Below are positions 13,606 through 29,339 of a stretch of DNA of 64,000 bases, piece after piece. The first letter of the stretch is position 1. Each line of letters opens with the position of its first letter. The stretch is from Eledone cirrhosa. Lineage: Eukaryota. Location: positions 20,832,001 to 20,896,000 of the forward strand of contig OZ024742.1 of NCBI GenBank assembly GCA_964016885.1, given 5' to 3'. The notes below the pieces were generated by a model. That model made no database searches and had not been told where the DNA came from. It worked only from the letters and a program-made list of their open reading frames with translations. Both the position numbers and the translations under genes were made by a program.

Positions 13606-14730
13606 GAAGACATAGAATTGGTTGAGTGTCCTAATAAATAGTGTAAATTATTGAATTACCTTCAGTGCCATTCTGAATTGAAACCCTCGTTGCTTCTATG
13701 TTCGGAGTTAGCTATTTGTTTATCACATGTCGATAGGAAGACTACACAGTATATATTTAATTATGTTTAATAATTTCTCTATAAATATGTGAGTTCAGTT
13801 CAGACAACTTGAAATGTGATTTATACTTTATTGGTGCCCGCAGCAAGACCCAATGGATATGAAGATCGCAAGCATTAGATCACTGTCTCACTATAGCTAT
13901 GTGGCGTCTTGGGTACGTGTCATTTACTACAGCATCTGTTCTAACCAGCCCTTCTCAATGAAATAGGGTGATGGAAACTGTTTGGGGGCTCATCGAATGG
14001 ATTGTACCTGTAAAAAAAAAAGGTTCATCTGTTTCACAGTCTAACACAGTGAATCTTCCTGTGAAACACACTTTTATGGAATACGTAGCTACTTACATGT
14101 TCATTTTATGAGCAGGCTGCTTCGTTGATCGAATAACTGGAACACTCGTCGTCGAAACCGAGGGCTGGCTGTCTATTCCTTCTATATTTTTAACTTAGAG
14201 AAAGTCAATTATCTTAATACCTGCAATAAGTTGGAGTCGATTCACTAGAGTATATTTGTCCTCTATGAAAATTACGATTATGTGTCGGTATCCTGGTGTT
14301 ACAGAAGAGTGAATCAAGGGATTCAATGGATTCTTTAGAAACAACATCGGTTATTAATTTTCTCCATCTATTTCTACCGAATGCGATGTCGTCTACATCA
14401 CACAAGTTTACTTTAAATGTTGTTAGCCCCATATGTGTTACATAGCAGAGATGTACTGATGGGAATACGTGATTGATAGTACTAAAGTGTGGTGTTACAT
14501 ATTTCAACTAATTTAAACTTATTTGTGTCTTAATAAAATGTGTCTATAAGGTCATGTAGGTGGTGGTGGGAAAGATTGAAGACATTCGGTATAAATAAAC
14601 CTTAAAGTTATTTTTTGTTTTGAAATGAGACCAACATAAAAATCTTAGTTAGTATTAAGAAATATTCATATGACAAAAAAAATAATAAATAAATGCATAT
14701 ATTTTGAATTGATTTTTATTATTAAAGAAA

Positions 14731-15150
14731 GTGGATTACTAGTATCGATAGAGAGTCGGATGCCATGCTTTGGCGCATAGAGTTACGGCCCTTGCCATTC
14801 TGAGTTCAAATCCCGCCGAGGTTAACTTTGCCTTTCATCCTTACGGGGTCGATAAAATAAAGTACCAGTAATGAACTGGGTAATAGCTGGCCTTGTGCCA
14901 AAAGTAGAAACAATTATTAAAGAAAGTAAGGGTATTGGAATGGCTGTATCAGTAGAGCGTCGAACAACATACTTTGCGGCCTATAGTTGCGGTCCTTTTC
15001 GTTTTCTCTGTTCAAATCCCACCGAGGTTTCCTTTGCCTTTCATCCTTAAGGGGTCAATAAAATAAAGTACGAGTAACGCACTGGAGTCGATTTAACCGA
15101 CTTTATCCTCCCACATAATGTTTGAACTTGTTCCAAAATCAGAAACTATT
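14731..15150 (+). mobile_element. Two tandem tRNA-derived SINE family 1 copies
   Basis: GAGTTCAAATCCCGCCGAGGTTAACTTTGCCTTTCATCCTTACGGGGTCGATAAAATAAAGTACCAG core in both 14731-14918 and 14930-15150. Confidence 0.8.
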
Positions 15151-16785
15151 ATGGCGGCCAGAACTTGCAGAGAAAAAGGTAACTTTAATGTATTTCTCTT
15201 AATCGTGACAGAAATATCATATACAACATTTTATCACGAAAAATGAGCAAAAAATCATAAACATTGATAACATTTCTAAGTTAAGCCCAAGGTCAACAAT
15301 TTTATTAAAGAAAGTAAGAAGCTGGTAAAAAAACAAAAAAAAACGTATTGATTTTTTTTTTTTGCAAGGACGGAGAATTGGCAGAAGCATTAACACATCA
15401 AAGAAATAATTTTCTGTATTTGTTCTGGTTCTTTATGCTCTGAGTTCACTCTACCGTGACGCCAACGTTGCCGTTCACTCTTCCCCGCGATACCAGTGAA
15501 GCATTGGGGTAATCTAAATTCCGCCCTTTTATTATTTGTAAGAAATTTGTGTTTGAGTTTGTGAGACTATTTAGAGATATTGGTGAAAACATATTGTTGA
15601 AAGGAAATATTAAAATGATTTACATTTGTTCATAAATTGCGTGTAGATAATATAGAAACCATATTGCCTTCTGACATTGAGGAAGGGACACATTATTTTT
15701 ACTTGTTAGGCAAGGTTGGACGGTTAGTGGACCTAAATAGATTGTGATCCTTCTTGACTGCTGAGATCTAGTGTGGAAGGTATCATAAACTTGCAAGGTA
15801 CTCCAGTGCAATGTGGTGGTATTAATTTGCTAACTTATTACGTCTATCTCTTAAATAATTGACTGTGAAATTTGAACTCAGATAAGAAAGCGCCAGAACA
15901 AATACCACAAGGTATCTCCTCCGATGTTCTAACAAATCCTCCCGTCGATAGTCCTAGACTAGTATTTGTGACCGTGTATATATATATGACTGAATCTGCT
16001 CCAGTAAATAGTTGCTATTTATTTATAAAATCAAGTAAAACTTATAAATAGTATTCATTCTGTCTTAATTGTGAAATATTTAATCCGACATCTACAGTTT
16101 TGGGTACTAAGTTGCTATTTTGATGTGTGATAGTCGGAGAGTCAGTACAATTCTAGGGATTTTAGTTGAATCAATTTCACTTTATTTCCGCTAGTTGATG
16201 GAATAAATACAAAATCACTCTCAGTGGTATTCGAAATCAACTAAAATATAGAGAGGCTACTAATGTGTCTGTCACAGCTTTTGGGTGTAGAAATAATATT
16301 GACAAGATACATTAATAGTTGAAAGAACAGCAAAACTCTAGAAAGCAATAGGTTGTGATGGATAAATAAACAATGCAAGCGACTCTGCTCAATGTTCGCA
16401 AATAAAAACAAAAATACAATTTAGAATGTTTTATATGCTTAGGTAATTTATTTTGCTTTTAGCTATTTTTCACGTTTATGTAAATGGGTTTTCTGAAATA
16501 AGGATTTCTAGTGAGAACTTATCATGCCTAATATGTTTATATATCTAAATACCATAAGATATTTCAGCAGCTGCATATACCCACAAAACAATTGTCCATT
16601 ACCCCATGTTATTAGTATATACCACTGATACACCATATATATGGTCGTTTATTTATCTAGTATGTCTTCATAGGTGCCTTTTAATAGTATAGCCTGGTTT
16701 AATTGGTTTTGTGGTTGATTATGCTGATTGGGAGAGGAGATGGTGTATATATCTTATCAAATGATCTTATGGACATACTTTATAG

Positions 16786-16837
<52 letters not shown>

Positions 16838-16853
16838 CGTATATATAAATATA

Positions 16854-16950
<97 letters not shown>

Positions 16951-16974
16951 GTATGTATATATATATATATATAT

Positions 16975-17180
16975 GAAGTGGTTACACAACAGTTAGTTCA
17001 CCATACCTAGAAGAAATGTTTCACTTTAGCGGATCTTCAGCTCGTAATAGGTGAACCGCGAAGGTGAAACAATCGTTCTCGGTATGGTGAACTAACTGTT
17101 GTGTAACCACTTCCACCTAACTCGTCCCATGGACTGAGTGCTCTACCTCTACGGATATTACCTTCCAGTGTTCTACCACT
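16975..17180. mobile_element. PLE-type fold-back element with hammerhead-like motif (family B)
   Basis: Inverted arms at 16975-~17035 and ~17053-17114, plus a tail at 17115-17180. The minus strand reads CTGAAGA-TCCGCTAAAGT-GAAAC at 17019-17040. A second family member lies at 40418-40560. Confidence 0.7.
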
Positions 17181-17301
17181 ATATATATATAGGAAAAAGT
17201 ATGACCCCGACGGCAGAGCTCAGTATTGAGTACTCTGGTGCGTTATGTTATGGTCCATCTGTTTCCTTACCACAACTCCTTCGTTATATATATATATATA
17301 T

Positions 17302-18407
17302 ATTGTTAAACTTTGGGAGGGTCATGTTGCCAATAAGAAACACACGCACCAGTTGCTATCAATCCACTTTATCATAAATTAAATTTATAAATTTAAGAAT
17401 TTATAAATTTCCGGTTGGTTGGTTGGTTCCACAACCGGACGGTTGTTCATATATAAGTTCTTTCGTCACACATTCTGTAACCCCTTCAGTGACTGGGTAT
17501 TCTTTGTTTTGTGCCTCTCCTTTGATCTGTCCTACCCATCTTGTTTTTGTGTGTGTTGTGTGTTTCGTTTGCGCATGTGTTACATCCGGGTGTCTGTGTG
17601 TGTTTTTATTTGTTTATTTAATTGTTTATTTACACGTTACTGGTCGGTCGTTTGTTCTATGTGTGTTTGTTTTCATGTTGTCCTTAATTGTAAGTTGTGA
17701 TGTTGCTATTCCATTCATGTTTTCTATTTAATTTTGGTTGAAGTTCATTTATGTTTATTGCTTCTGTGATTTGTCTAAACATTGTGTCTTTTCTGTGTGT
17801 AGATTTTATTTCTATTTCTATGTTCTCTAATTTGCCGTTATGTTCTATTTTAGCATGTAGGTGGAGTACTGATGAATCTTTTCTATCTTGAAGTTCTCGC
17901 CAGTGTTCATTTAATCGTTCAGAAAAGACGCAATGTTTAGACAAATCACAGAAACAATAAACATAAATGAACTCCAACCAAAATTAAATAGAAAACATGA
18001 ATAGAATAGCAACACCACAATTTACAATTAAGGACTAAATGAAAACACACACACATAGAACAAACAACTAACCAGTAACATGTAAATAAACAAACAAACA
18101 CCCGGATGTAACAAAAACAAGATGGCGTAGGACAGAACAAAGGAGAGGCACAAAACAAAGAGAAGAATCCCCAGTCACAGAAGAGGTCACAGAATGTGTG
18201 ACGAAAGAACTTATATATGAACAACCGCCCGGTTGTGGAACCAACCAGCAAACCAGAAATTTATAAATTTAATTTATAATAAATTGGATTGATAGCAACT
18301 GGTGCGTGTGTTCCCTATTGGGAACATGAACCTCCCAAATTATAACAATATCGGTTTCAACACACGTTTTCAGATAAAGAATCTTGCTAAGCAAATTCAG
18401 AAACGAA
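17302..18407. mobile_element. 5'-truncated Penelope-like element as an inverted pair (same family as 41947-43305)
   Basis: 17302-17919 (minus) encodes the GIY-YIG C-terminus ERLNEHWREL...FRQITEAININELQPKLNRKHEWN plus 3'UTR. 17920-18407 is the inverted copy. Both ends abut (TA)n. Confidence 0.85.
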
Positions 18408-18598
18408 ATATATATATATATATATGAAGTATTTATTTCCATAGGAAGGGTGAAGGAAAGGAGAGTGTGCTATGTATGCTACAAAGCTATTTAATTATGT
18501 AATAAATAACATAAGACAATTATTCCATTTGCGATTTCAGACTGTGTTTGTCTTCGTGAAACGTCTGGTAAATAGAATAATTGTCTTATGTTGTTTAT

Positions 18599-18662
<64 letters not shown>

Positions 18663-19048
18663 CACATAAATACATTGAAAAGAAGACCAAAGACTATTAA
18701 TTATATAATATTTTAATTAATGCACGTTTCTTCCATCTCATAAACATACAATTAATTATTAGTTAATAAATTATATGAACGAATGTGTAGATTCATCAGA
18801 ATTGATAAGAAATACAAGAAACACTTTTACCTCTTCCGTTCATATTTTATGTGAGTTTACACCACCGGTAACAATTTGGTCTTCTTTTAATGTCATATTT
18901 GTTCTATGAATGTATTTAGACATTTGAAATAAGGATGTCATGCAAATAGAATTGTATGTAGCCTTCTGAGTAGTTTACTGTAAATCTCATATTTTGAGGT
19001 GTAATAAGTTTTTCAAATACTTTTATCTGTTTTCTTATTCGAAAAAAA

Positions 19049-19113
<65 letters not shown>

Positions 19114-19171
19114 TCTCTCTCGCTCTCTCTCTCTCGCTCTCTCTCCTCTCTCTCCCTCTCTCTCCCTCTCA

Positions 19172-19203
<32 letters not shown>

Positions 19204-19477
19204 ATGCCAAAAGAAATGATCGGATCACTGCGCTACGATATATGGTAATTTAAATGAAATGGAATTGGTCAGATGATAAACGCTGTTCGATTCACTTCTG
19301 TTTCAAGTATCTGCAGTATCATTAACACATAAATTAAGTTTTATAAAACTAATTCTTGGCAATTCTTACTAACAACCGTCTTGTCCATTTCTAAGGGTTT
19401 TGATAAGTCTGTCGCTAAGGTTTGTTTCTGCGAGAATACTTCCGAAAACTGAGTTCTCTACTACTACTACTACTAAA

Positions 19478-19536
<59 letters not shown>

Positions 19537-19938
19537 CTGCCAATTTGCGATTAACACTTTAGCCGGAAGTCAAATCTCAGCTTTTAATCCGGCAATTTAA
19601 ACCCAACTCTTTATCCGACAGTCTAAACTTCTATTAAAGAGACTAAAGCCACACGGTTAAAAAAAATGAAGCTATCAATTAAATCGTCCTCAACATATAA
19701 AGGAAAATAATTGAATAAACCTAGTTATTGTGTTCTAAGTCTCACAGATTTGATAATCCCTAAATATCTCTATGATATGTATTTATGGCCCCATAACTCT
19801 TGAGGGAATTGTAGGGGTCCCGTATTAACAGTCGGCGTTTCTAGGGCATCTTTTTAAAAACATGGTGGAGCCCAACTCCCTCCAGATTTCTTCCGGAGAA
19901 GGAAATAAATTAAAAGAATGGATGTGTGAAAGATTTAA

Positions 19939-20159
19939 CCCTTTAGCATTTACATTTCTCTATATATACTATTGTATTTTTGTGGTAAAGGCTTTATCTT
20001 ACATAATTATCTCACATAGTATCGAATGTATGAGATTTCGATGTTATTTATTTTGAGAACAATAACTTAACATCAGTATGAGTGGCTGGTAACAGCCGAT
20101 TTGAACAGAAAGAAGTGATAGAATTTTGACCGGATATGGCGGGTTTAAATGCTAAAGGG
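19939..20159. mobile_element. piggyBac-like MITE
   Basis: TTAA|CCCTTTAGCATTTA ... TAAATGCTAAAGGG|TTAA: 14-bp TIRs with CCC/GGG ends and a TTAA target-site duplication. Confidence 0.8.
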
Positions 20160-21443
20160 TTAAAGGAACAATCGGTGCCAGTATTTGACTGGTACTTTTC
20201 TCTCGAGCCCGAAAAGATGAAAGGTAAAGTTGACACCGGTGAGACTTGAACCCAGAGAGGAGAGAGCCGAAACTAATACCACAGACAATTCTGTCCGACG
20301 TTCTAACGTCTTAGGCAATTCACAGTTTAATCTCTATGATAACTGTAAAAAACATGAATCATAGTCGTTTCTACTACTTTCTGCACTTTATAATTAATAG
20401 AAATTTCAATTTTACATACTTCAGCACCACCCTCACCACCACCAACAGCAACAGCAACAAAAATACTACTGCCACCATCATCATCCTCATCATCATAATC
20501 ATCACTATCATCATTATAATCATCCTCATCATCATCAGCAGCAGCATCATACGTTTCAAGCCAGTTCTTCTGAGTTGAGATACTGATCATCTAGGCGAAT
20601 CTGGACACCATATCTCGCTCTCACTCCTCACGTGTAATATATACTGTGTTTCTTGCACTGCCAAATATTGCTCTTTTTGTTTTATCAATTAATGTATTTA
20701 TTATAACGTTTAACATTCTAATAATGTTATCCATACGTAAAGTTTGACGTGCAAGAAGGAATGTTGTCAAGGATGACTTTCAGTTGAGGTGGGTGTCAGA
20801 GGATTTCTGGCTCAATCTCGTGAAAGACATCTGATAGAGTCGCATGTTGGTTATGACGAAAGAAAGAGGAAATCTGTAGCCACCAGTACCGACTCACCAA
20901 CATTAACTTATTACGGTCAAAGGTCGAAACAATAAATGACCGCTGAATAACACCTGTTTAGATCACCCCTTCTTAGCCAATGTTATATTCACCGAATCTG
21001 AATGAAGGTGAGGCATAACTCTTTAAGATGAAATGATCCTTTTAATTTCGAAATGTCAGTTATCTATAAGTATATACACTTTGATGTAATGAAATGGTTA
21101 AAATAAACAATTGTGTAATGTTCACATCTGTTAATGTCCATTATATATACGTATTTGATGTTTGTTAAACTGCATTGATGCAAATATTGAATTTATTTGT
21201 AAGCAGATATTATTTACAGAATAATGAAACCTTTATTTACAGATATGAAATGGAACAACAAAACAACATGATTTTTTTTCTAAACAATACAGGAGGCATT
21301 TTTCGTCACCTTTTCAAGAAACTTGTATCAACAGGTCTGCCAATTATATTCATTTAATTATATTTACAAATATTTACAAAAAGTATACACACACACACAC
21401 ACACACATATATATAGAGATTCATTAATATATACATATATACA

Positions 21444-21503
<60 letters not shown>

Positions 21504-21743
21504 GTGTGTGTGTGTATATATATATTCACATATACTTATATATAGTTATGCATGTATGTATATATATACAGAGATATATTACGTGCTAGTTTTGGAGAAA
21601 GGGCAGTATTCATGGCCTTCAAAGGCCTATAGACACACACATATATGCACATATGCATATAGACGCACACATATATGCACATATGTATATATGCACACAC
21701 ATATATGCACATATGTGTATATGCACACGCTATCACTAATGTG

Positions 21744-21784
<41 letters not shown>

Positions 21785-22989
21785 TCAGAATGGAGGCGGT
21801 AGGTTAAAAACAGTTAGACCATTACCCACCAGAGTACTCAATAGTAGAGTGGGTAATATGAAAAAATTCCGGACCCCGACGGCTGATTTCCGGCCGTTTC
21901 AACAGCTAGATCCAAACTCGGATCTACCCGTTGAAACAGCCGGTGCTCATCCGACGTGACGCTGATTTGTTTCATATATATTTATAAATATACATATATA
22001 TGCATGTATGTATGTATTTATGTATGCATGCACGTGCATATGCGGGCATGTGTGAGCGAGTGTGCGGCTTCTTACTCCTGTCTTAGAACTACAGGATTAT
22101 AACTAGCAACTAACAGTTACGGATGGATAGAGACAATATTAAAAGTAGAGACATGTATATTATACATCTGCAAGTGACTGGGACACCGAGCTGTGATTTC
22201 TTTGACTAATCCATCTACTGGAGGGAAAATATACCGAAGACATGCCTATATATATGCATATACAGGACGTCTAATGACATTCAATATAACGTAAGTTGTG
22301 CATAGATAGCGACTTCAATAAAAAGTATTTGATACAACGCATAAGCTGAATTATCTATACTATGTATGAGCAGAATTCATATTTCATGATTTATATATTC
22401 AATGTTTCCTCTTCTTCTGCTATTGTGTGAAATCTATGTCAGATTATTTATGACCAAATGGATAGTATGGCTTCGAACGAATCTCACAGCGGAACGTTTA
22501 CCTCCCTTTATCATCACACTATTTTGTCCGATACCAAGAGACACAGCTAGGTGTTGAGATACCATACAATTTACTCATAGGAGCAATTATATTGGGAAAC
22601 AATCAGGTTTCTAGATACATGTTATATATTACACATATAATCATATGAACACCATAAACTGAACACCATAAAAACTACACATAAACGGATACTTGTACAC
22701 ACGCATAGACAGACATAAACAATATAGTGAACAATGAAATTTATTAGTTAATATACAAACTAGACAATCTTCCAACAAAACACACAACCGAGTAAGCAAC
22801 AAAATTACGAGCAAATATACAAAACACTTCTGACAAAACACGAATCAAGATACAGTTAAAAACCACAAGAAAGTTACGCTAAAAAGAAAATTATTATTGA
22901 GACATTCCTTCTATATCTCAGTTCTATATATATTGCCATGGTCATACACCAAACAATACGTAATAAAATAGTTTTACACACTGCCTCCG

Positions 22990-23170
22990 TCTCTCTCATT
23001 GCGTGTTCTTGCAGGATTGTCAGGTAGACGCGTTTGAAAAGCATATTCCAGATCGCGAGGCTCACACCTGCGGATTGCCAACTCCGTACCGATGGTGGAG
23101 AGTAGGGAGGTGGTCCTAAGGCCAAGGACAGCAGAAGTCTCCACTACTACGGGCTCGTCCGCAAATGTAA
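22990..23170 (-). mobile_element. CRE-like non-LTR retrotransposon 3' fragment (REL endonuclease C-terminus)
   Basis: Minus strand reads PVVVETSAVLGLRTTSLLSTIGTELAIRRCEPR and, after a frameshift, LFKRVYLTILQ. This matches the P-x-x-V-E-T-x-G...L-x-Q-R-x-S-x-x-I tail of CRE-clade ORFs. Confidence 0.55.
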
Positions 23171-23251
23171 ATTATTTAGAACATACACCTGATAAAACTA
23201 AGAGAGATAGAGAGATAGAGATAGACAGATAGATAGCTAGATAGAGAGAGA

Positions 23252-23372
<121 letters not shown>

Positions 23373-25265
23373 CACCAGGAACAGTTTCATCTCTTAGGAA
23401 GACGAGAATACAAAAATGAAAGAAGTTGGGTTAGAACGTTTTTTGGTATATTTGTACAGGTATTTGCTAAAGATGGCTTCTTGCTACGTCAGCATATGAC
23501 TGAAGTTCTGGCGCAGTAGTCGAATTCGTTGTCCGGTCATATCAGCTTTGATTGCGAACCAGCCTCAGAGATATCTCACACACAAACCATTGATGATGGA
23601 GCTAGTTAGCCCTGTTACTTCATTCAACTTGAAGAATGATTCATTAGACCTTCGATATAAGAACTATGCTGCTACCACCCTAACTCTTTAGGTCATTGCA
23701 TATAAATGCCGGGTGTTAGAAATCTTTTCTGTATAACAGACACTGAATTCTAAGTAAACAGCTCATTATTGCGGAAGGAAAACTATCCCTTTGTTTAATC
23801 CATTCCAATAGGAAAGGATGGCCATAAAGTATTTGTCCTGCTATATCTTCAGCAAGTGGTTAGAGTAGAGGAACACGTCCAGATGGAGATACGAGGTGGC
23901 AGAATAATATCAACTAATGTGAACATACAAAAGCCTAAATATTGATGTTTCTCGTCAATCTTTGATGTATCTGTCAATCCGCTCTGAGAAAGAAAATGAC
24001 ATATTCGATGCTGGTACTTTGGAACTAACCGTAATCTGAAGATTGACAGCAGAAACAATGTCCATGGGGAAACGTTGTCATGGACTCAGCTGCGCTTCAA
24101 CACGCAAGCGTACGATATCAACTTTCAATTAGACGAAATCTAGTTCAGTTAGACGAAAACTCAGTCAAATTCAATAAAATCAAATTCTACTTTATATTAC
24201 TTCTTGCTATAATACCTTCTGGTTGTGCTTATGACGATATAATTTAATCGGCAGGTATCTATATTTTTGGTGCCCTTAAAGAAATAAAATTGGGTCTATG
24301 TTTGGATTGAGATATAATTATTATAATCTACATTGTTGTTATCTTGTAAAGTAATTACTATTAATTACATTACAATGTTTGTAATATAATTATTATACCG
24401 TTGATCTTATATTAAGTTACAAAACTTCATTATCTCAACTCCTTTTAGAATTATATTCAATAGATGTAATACAATGACTTTAGCCTATCTTACACTATAT
24501 GCAGCCACTTCAATATACTTTCCATTATTTTCTTCTTCTTGGCGAATTTCAGAGCGGTGCATTGACAGTATCGGTAAAGCGCCGAACAAAATGCTTTGGA
24601 GCATAGAGTTACAGCCTTTTACGTTCTGAAGTCGAATTCCGCGGAGGTTAGCTTTGCCTTTCACCCTTACGTTGAGCAACGTGAGATGAGGTGAACATAT
24701 ATCGATATACTTCATTTTGAGCGCTTTATTCTATTACCTGTGTCAATCAATAGATAGCAGCCTCATTGGAACACAGACTTGCATTATTCTTCAAGTCAAG
24801 TGTGGTACATCTTTTTGTCACGCAATAATCACAAATTGATACACATGAACACAAACATGACAAACTTTTCGCAGTTTCTTTCTACCAAATTTCATTCACG
24901 AGGCATTGACGAATCAAACGTTATAATAGTTATTTAGATTCCACACGGTTGTCTGGATCTGAAACTAAGTGATTTTGAAGTGAATTTCTTTTCCACCCAT
25001 TTATATGTATGTGTGCTCACAAATATGGATGAATATATATATATATATATATATGAACGCCTTCTCCATCCTGTCCACAGTGGTTGTAAGAGGGGGGGGG
25101 GGGCATCGCGTATCATTCCACATTTAGGTATCCAGATTAATGGTTTTTAGGTTATACCTAATGAATTACTAATGGAAACATTAATACTTGTATACAAAGT
25201 AATCACACTTCTATCTTAAGCAATTTTATCTGTGGAAAATATATGCATGAAAAAATATATATGCA

Positions 25266-25300
<35 letters not shown>

Positions 25301-25306
<6 letters not shown>

Positions 25307-25460
25307 CAAAATATTAACAAATGAAAAATATTCTCATGATCAAAATATATACTTTATTATATATATTTCAGAGGTACTGTGTTGTTTTTTTCAGTACGTC
25401 CTCATCAGACAAAATATATGATTTGATATATGACACACCGCTACGGTGTTGATTATACAA
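25301..25460 (-). mobile_element. Single-arm copy of hammerhead-bearing family D
   Basis: Minus strand CTGATGA-GGACGTACTG...CAGTACCTCT-GAAA-TATATA at 25360-25408. Nearly identical to the arms at 26555-26888. Confidence 0.7.
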
Positions 25461-25474
25461 TTCCAGTGTTGGTA

Positions 25475-25512
<38 letters not shown>

Positions 25513-25516
<4 letters not shown>

Positions 25517-25615
25517 CGTGTTCCAAAATATATATAAACACACTTCATTAGCGTTCTAATAGGTGTTGCCTGTACAGGTAATGAAAGTGTGTATACATTT
25601 TTGTGACACCCTCTA
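25513..25615. mobile_element. Tc1/mariner-like MITE
   Basis: TA-CAGCGTGTTCCAAAA...TTTTGTGACACCCTC-TA imperfect TIRs in TA context. A related copy in the opposite orientation lies at ~27044-27140. Confidence 0.55.
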
Positions 25616-25675
25616 TATATATACCTGAAATATCTCATTGACTTGTTGGCATATATACATATTTATGTAGTGTTT

Positions 25676-25714
<39 letters not shown>

Positions 25715-26087
25715 TAAATATATATAAATATGTATATATGGCAACATTAAGTGAATGTGATATTTCAGGTATCCCATTGATTCTCTATTATAGCTATACT
25801 ATATAGCTTTTGCATATCACATATTCTGTCGTCCTTATTGTTAAAATGTCATAAATGTTACCAAAGCTAGAGAACTTACACATATTTACATGTATTATTC
25901 AACATAATATTCCTCATGTATACCATATGAAAGGTAAGCGATATGCAAAGTAATAGAAACGAAATACATATAATAAATAAGTGTTTTTGTAGCTATGTAA
26001 ATATATCTGATATCCATTGTTTTGTAACATATATTTTGGCCATATATATATATAGTAATAATAATAATACATATAATAATAATAATA

Positions 26088-26269
26088 ATTGTTTCTACTT
26101 TAGGCACAAGGCCAGCAATTTCCAGTGCATTACTGGTACTTTATTTTATCGACCCCGTAAGGATGAAAGGCAAAGTCAACCTCGGCGGGATTTGAACTCA
26201 GATCGTAAAGGGACGTAACTATGCTGGAAAGCATGGCGTCCGACCCTCTACCGATACTGCCAATCCACC
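26088..26269 (-). mobile_element. tRNA-derived SINE family 1
   Basis: Reverse complement of the family 1 consensus with an (AAT)n tail. Further minus-strand copies at 28258-28442, ~29120-29280, 30540-30724, 30759-30942, 33706-33884 and ~33890-34030. Confidence 0.8.
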
Positions 26270-26328
26270 ATTATATAATAATAATAATAATGATAACTCG
26301 TATGAACATAAAGCAAGATAAATGCAAC

Positions 26329-26425
<97 letters not shown>

Positions 26426-26460
26426 TATACATATACATATATATAATATATATACATATA

Positions 26461-27049
<589 letters not shown>

Positions 27050-27135
27050 TCCCTAAAACGTATACAAATTTTGATTATCTATACAGGCAGTATTTATTAG
27101 AATGCTGTTGAAGTGTGAATGCATTTTTTGGGACT

Positions 27136-27174
<39 letters not shown>

Positions 27175-28206
27175 TATATGTGTATATATATATGATATAT
27201 TTTCTATACATAGAGTACTCTTTTTTCCTTTGCTTTTCCTAATATTGTGATAAAAAAACGAGAAGTAAAGCACGTAAAATTAACAACATCTACTGAAACA
27301 TATTTCGAAGTTTCATCTATCTGTTAGATATAGGAAACATAGATCTATATTCCTGAATAATACACATATGAAAACTGAATAACAAAGATTGTTCCGAATG
27401 CTACATATTTCATCCGTATTACATACAGCTATTATGTCATTTGAAAGGAAAGTCATTTATTGTTGTTTCTTCATTGATATGAAATAGTTTATCTGTAAAG
27501 ATTTGCCAAAATCTGCAAACATTTAGTTAAATATATCTATCTTTATTCTTAGTATAACAGCAAAATAGATTAATGAAACACAACAAAGACCAAGAGAGCT
27601 ATGAATATCAATATCAACAATTTACTAATGATATATATGACCATACCTACTGTTATATTCTTATTAAACATTCAGTACCTTATACAATTCTTCATTGCAC
27701 ATCTTAGAAAATTATAGATTATGTTTTCGAAAATATTAGATTATTTAACAAGTTTGTTTCTCAGTCAGAATATTCGCGCTTCACGTCGTATTTTAATAAT
27801 ATTCTATTCTGAATAGAATCCAATTCCAAAGCCATCTTGAAATCAGATTAATTACCAACTTCGTCAGCATTGTCCTGATCAAATTCATACAATATTATAA
27901 ATGTGTAGCAACGAAATAATTCCCTTTGACAACTAATATTTGCAAATATAATTTTTCAGAATACAAATTAATCTTAAGAAGACAACATCAGTCATTCTTT
28001 GGCGGTTAACAGTTTTTTTTTTGTATGTTTGTAATCAGTGAAGAATCTAATGGCGGTATATCTGTTCAGGAATTAATTTTTAAGAAATTCAATTCATGTA
28101 TTATTTCACATTTTCTATCCTTCACATTATACAGAAATAATTCAAATGAAAAAGAAAATTATTTAAATAAATATTAATAATAATATTAATAATAATAATA
28201 ATAATA

Positions 28207-28238
<32 letters not shown>

Positions 28239-28466
28239 AATAATAATAATAATAATAATTGTTTCTACTTTTATGCACAAGGCCAGCAATTACCCAGTAC
28301 ATAACTGGTACTTTATTTTATCGACCCCGTAAGGATGAAAGGCAAAGTTAACCTCGGCGGGATTTGAACTCATATCATAAAGGGACATAACTATGCTAGA
28401 AAGCATGGCGTCCGACCCTCTACCGATACTGCCAATCCACCAATAATAATAATAATAATAATAATA

Positions 28467-29096
28467 AAGAGGAGACTGTGGCTCACATTGTATCCGAGTC
28501 TAAACACCTAGCCCAGACCCACTATAAGGGCTGGAGACATGATGTGATGGGCAGGGTGATACACTGGCACCTGTGCAAAGTAAACAATTTACCACATTCT
28601 GAGAAATGGTATGACCATAAGCCAGAGGCGGTGATGGAGAACGATCAGGTGAAGGTGCTGTGGGATTTTAGGATACAGACGGACAATAAACTGGAACACA
28701 ATAGACCTGACCTGGTGGTTGTGGACAAAGAAAAAAGATCGTGTCTGATTGTGGATGTATCCTGCCCATTCGACACGAGAGTGCAAGAGAAGGAGAGGGA
28801 GACAATTAACCGATACCAGGACTTAAAGTGGGAGGTAAAAAGGATTTGGAACTGCTATGAAGTCAAAGTGATCCCGATTGTCATAGGCGCACTGGGGACT
28901 ATCTCCAAAATTTTCCAGGGATGGTTAAAGAAAATCGGCCCCTTCACGCTTTTTGGAACGCTTCAAAAGGCATGTTTGCTGGGAACAGCAAGAACCCTCC
29001 GATACGTCCTGAATATCTGAGGCTGCAGGTAGTGGCTTGATATTCATTCCAACGGACTTTCCAGTTAACTAACATCAATGACTGTGATTCAAGGAA
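28467..29096 (+). mobile_element. 5'-truncated R4/Dong-like non-LTR retrotransposon (REL endonuclease) in an (AAT)n tract
   Basis: ORF 28478-29020: ETVAHIVSE (half zinc knuckle), RHD, LWDFRIQTD, RPDLVVVD...IVDVSCP...RYQDL, IPIVIGALG, LQKACLLGTARTLR. Short 3'UTR; (AAT)n on both sides, consistent with the TAA-repeat targeting known for this clade. Confidence 0.85.
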
Positions 29097-29339
29097 TAAT
29101 AATAATAATTATTATTATTATTATTTCTAGTATAGGCACAAGGCCAGTAATTTGGGTGGAGAGAAAGTCAATCAAATCGACCCCAGTACGTTACAGGTGC
29201 TTTATTTTATCGATCTCGTAAGGATGAAAGGCAAAGTTAACTCAGACCGTAAAGGACCGTAACTCTATGCTGCAAAGCAAATATAAAGATCTGCTTATTG
29301 AAATCGAAAAAATGTGGCACCTCAAGGCCGTTACGATAC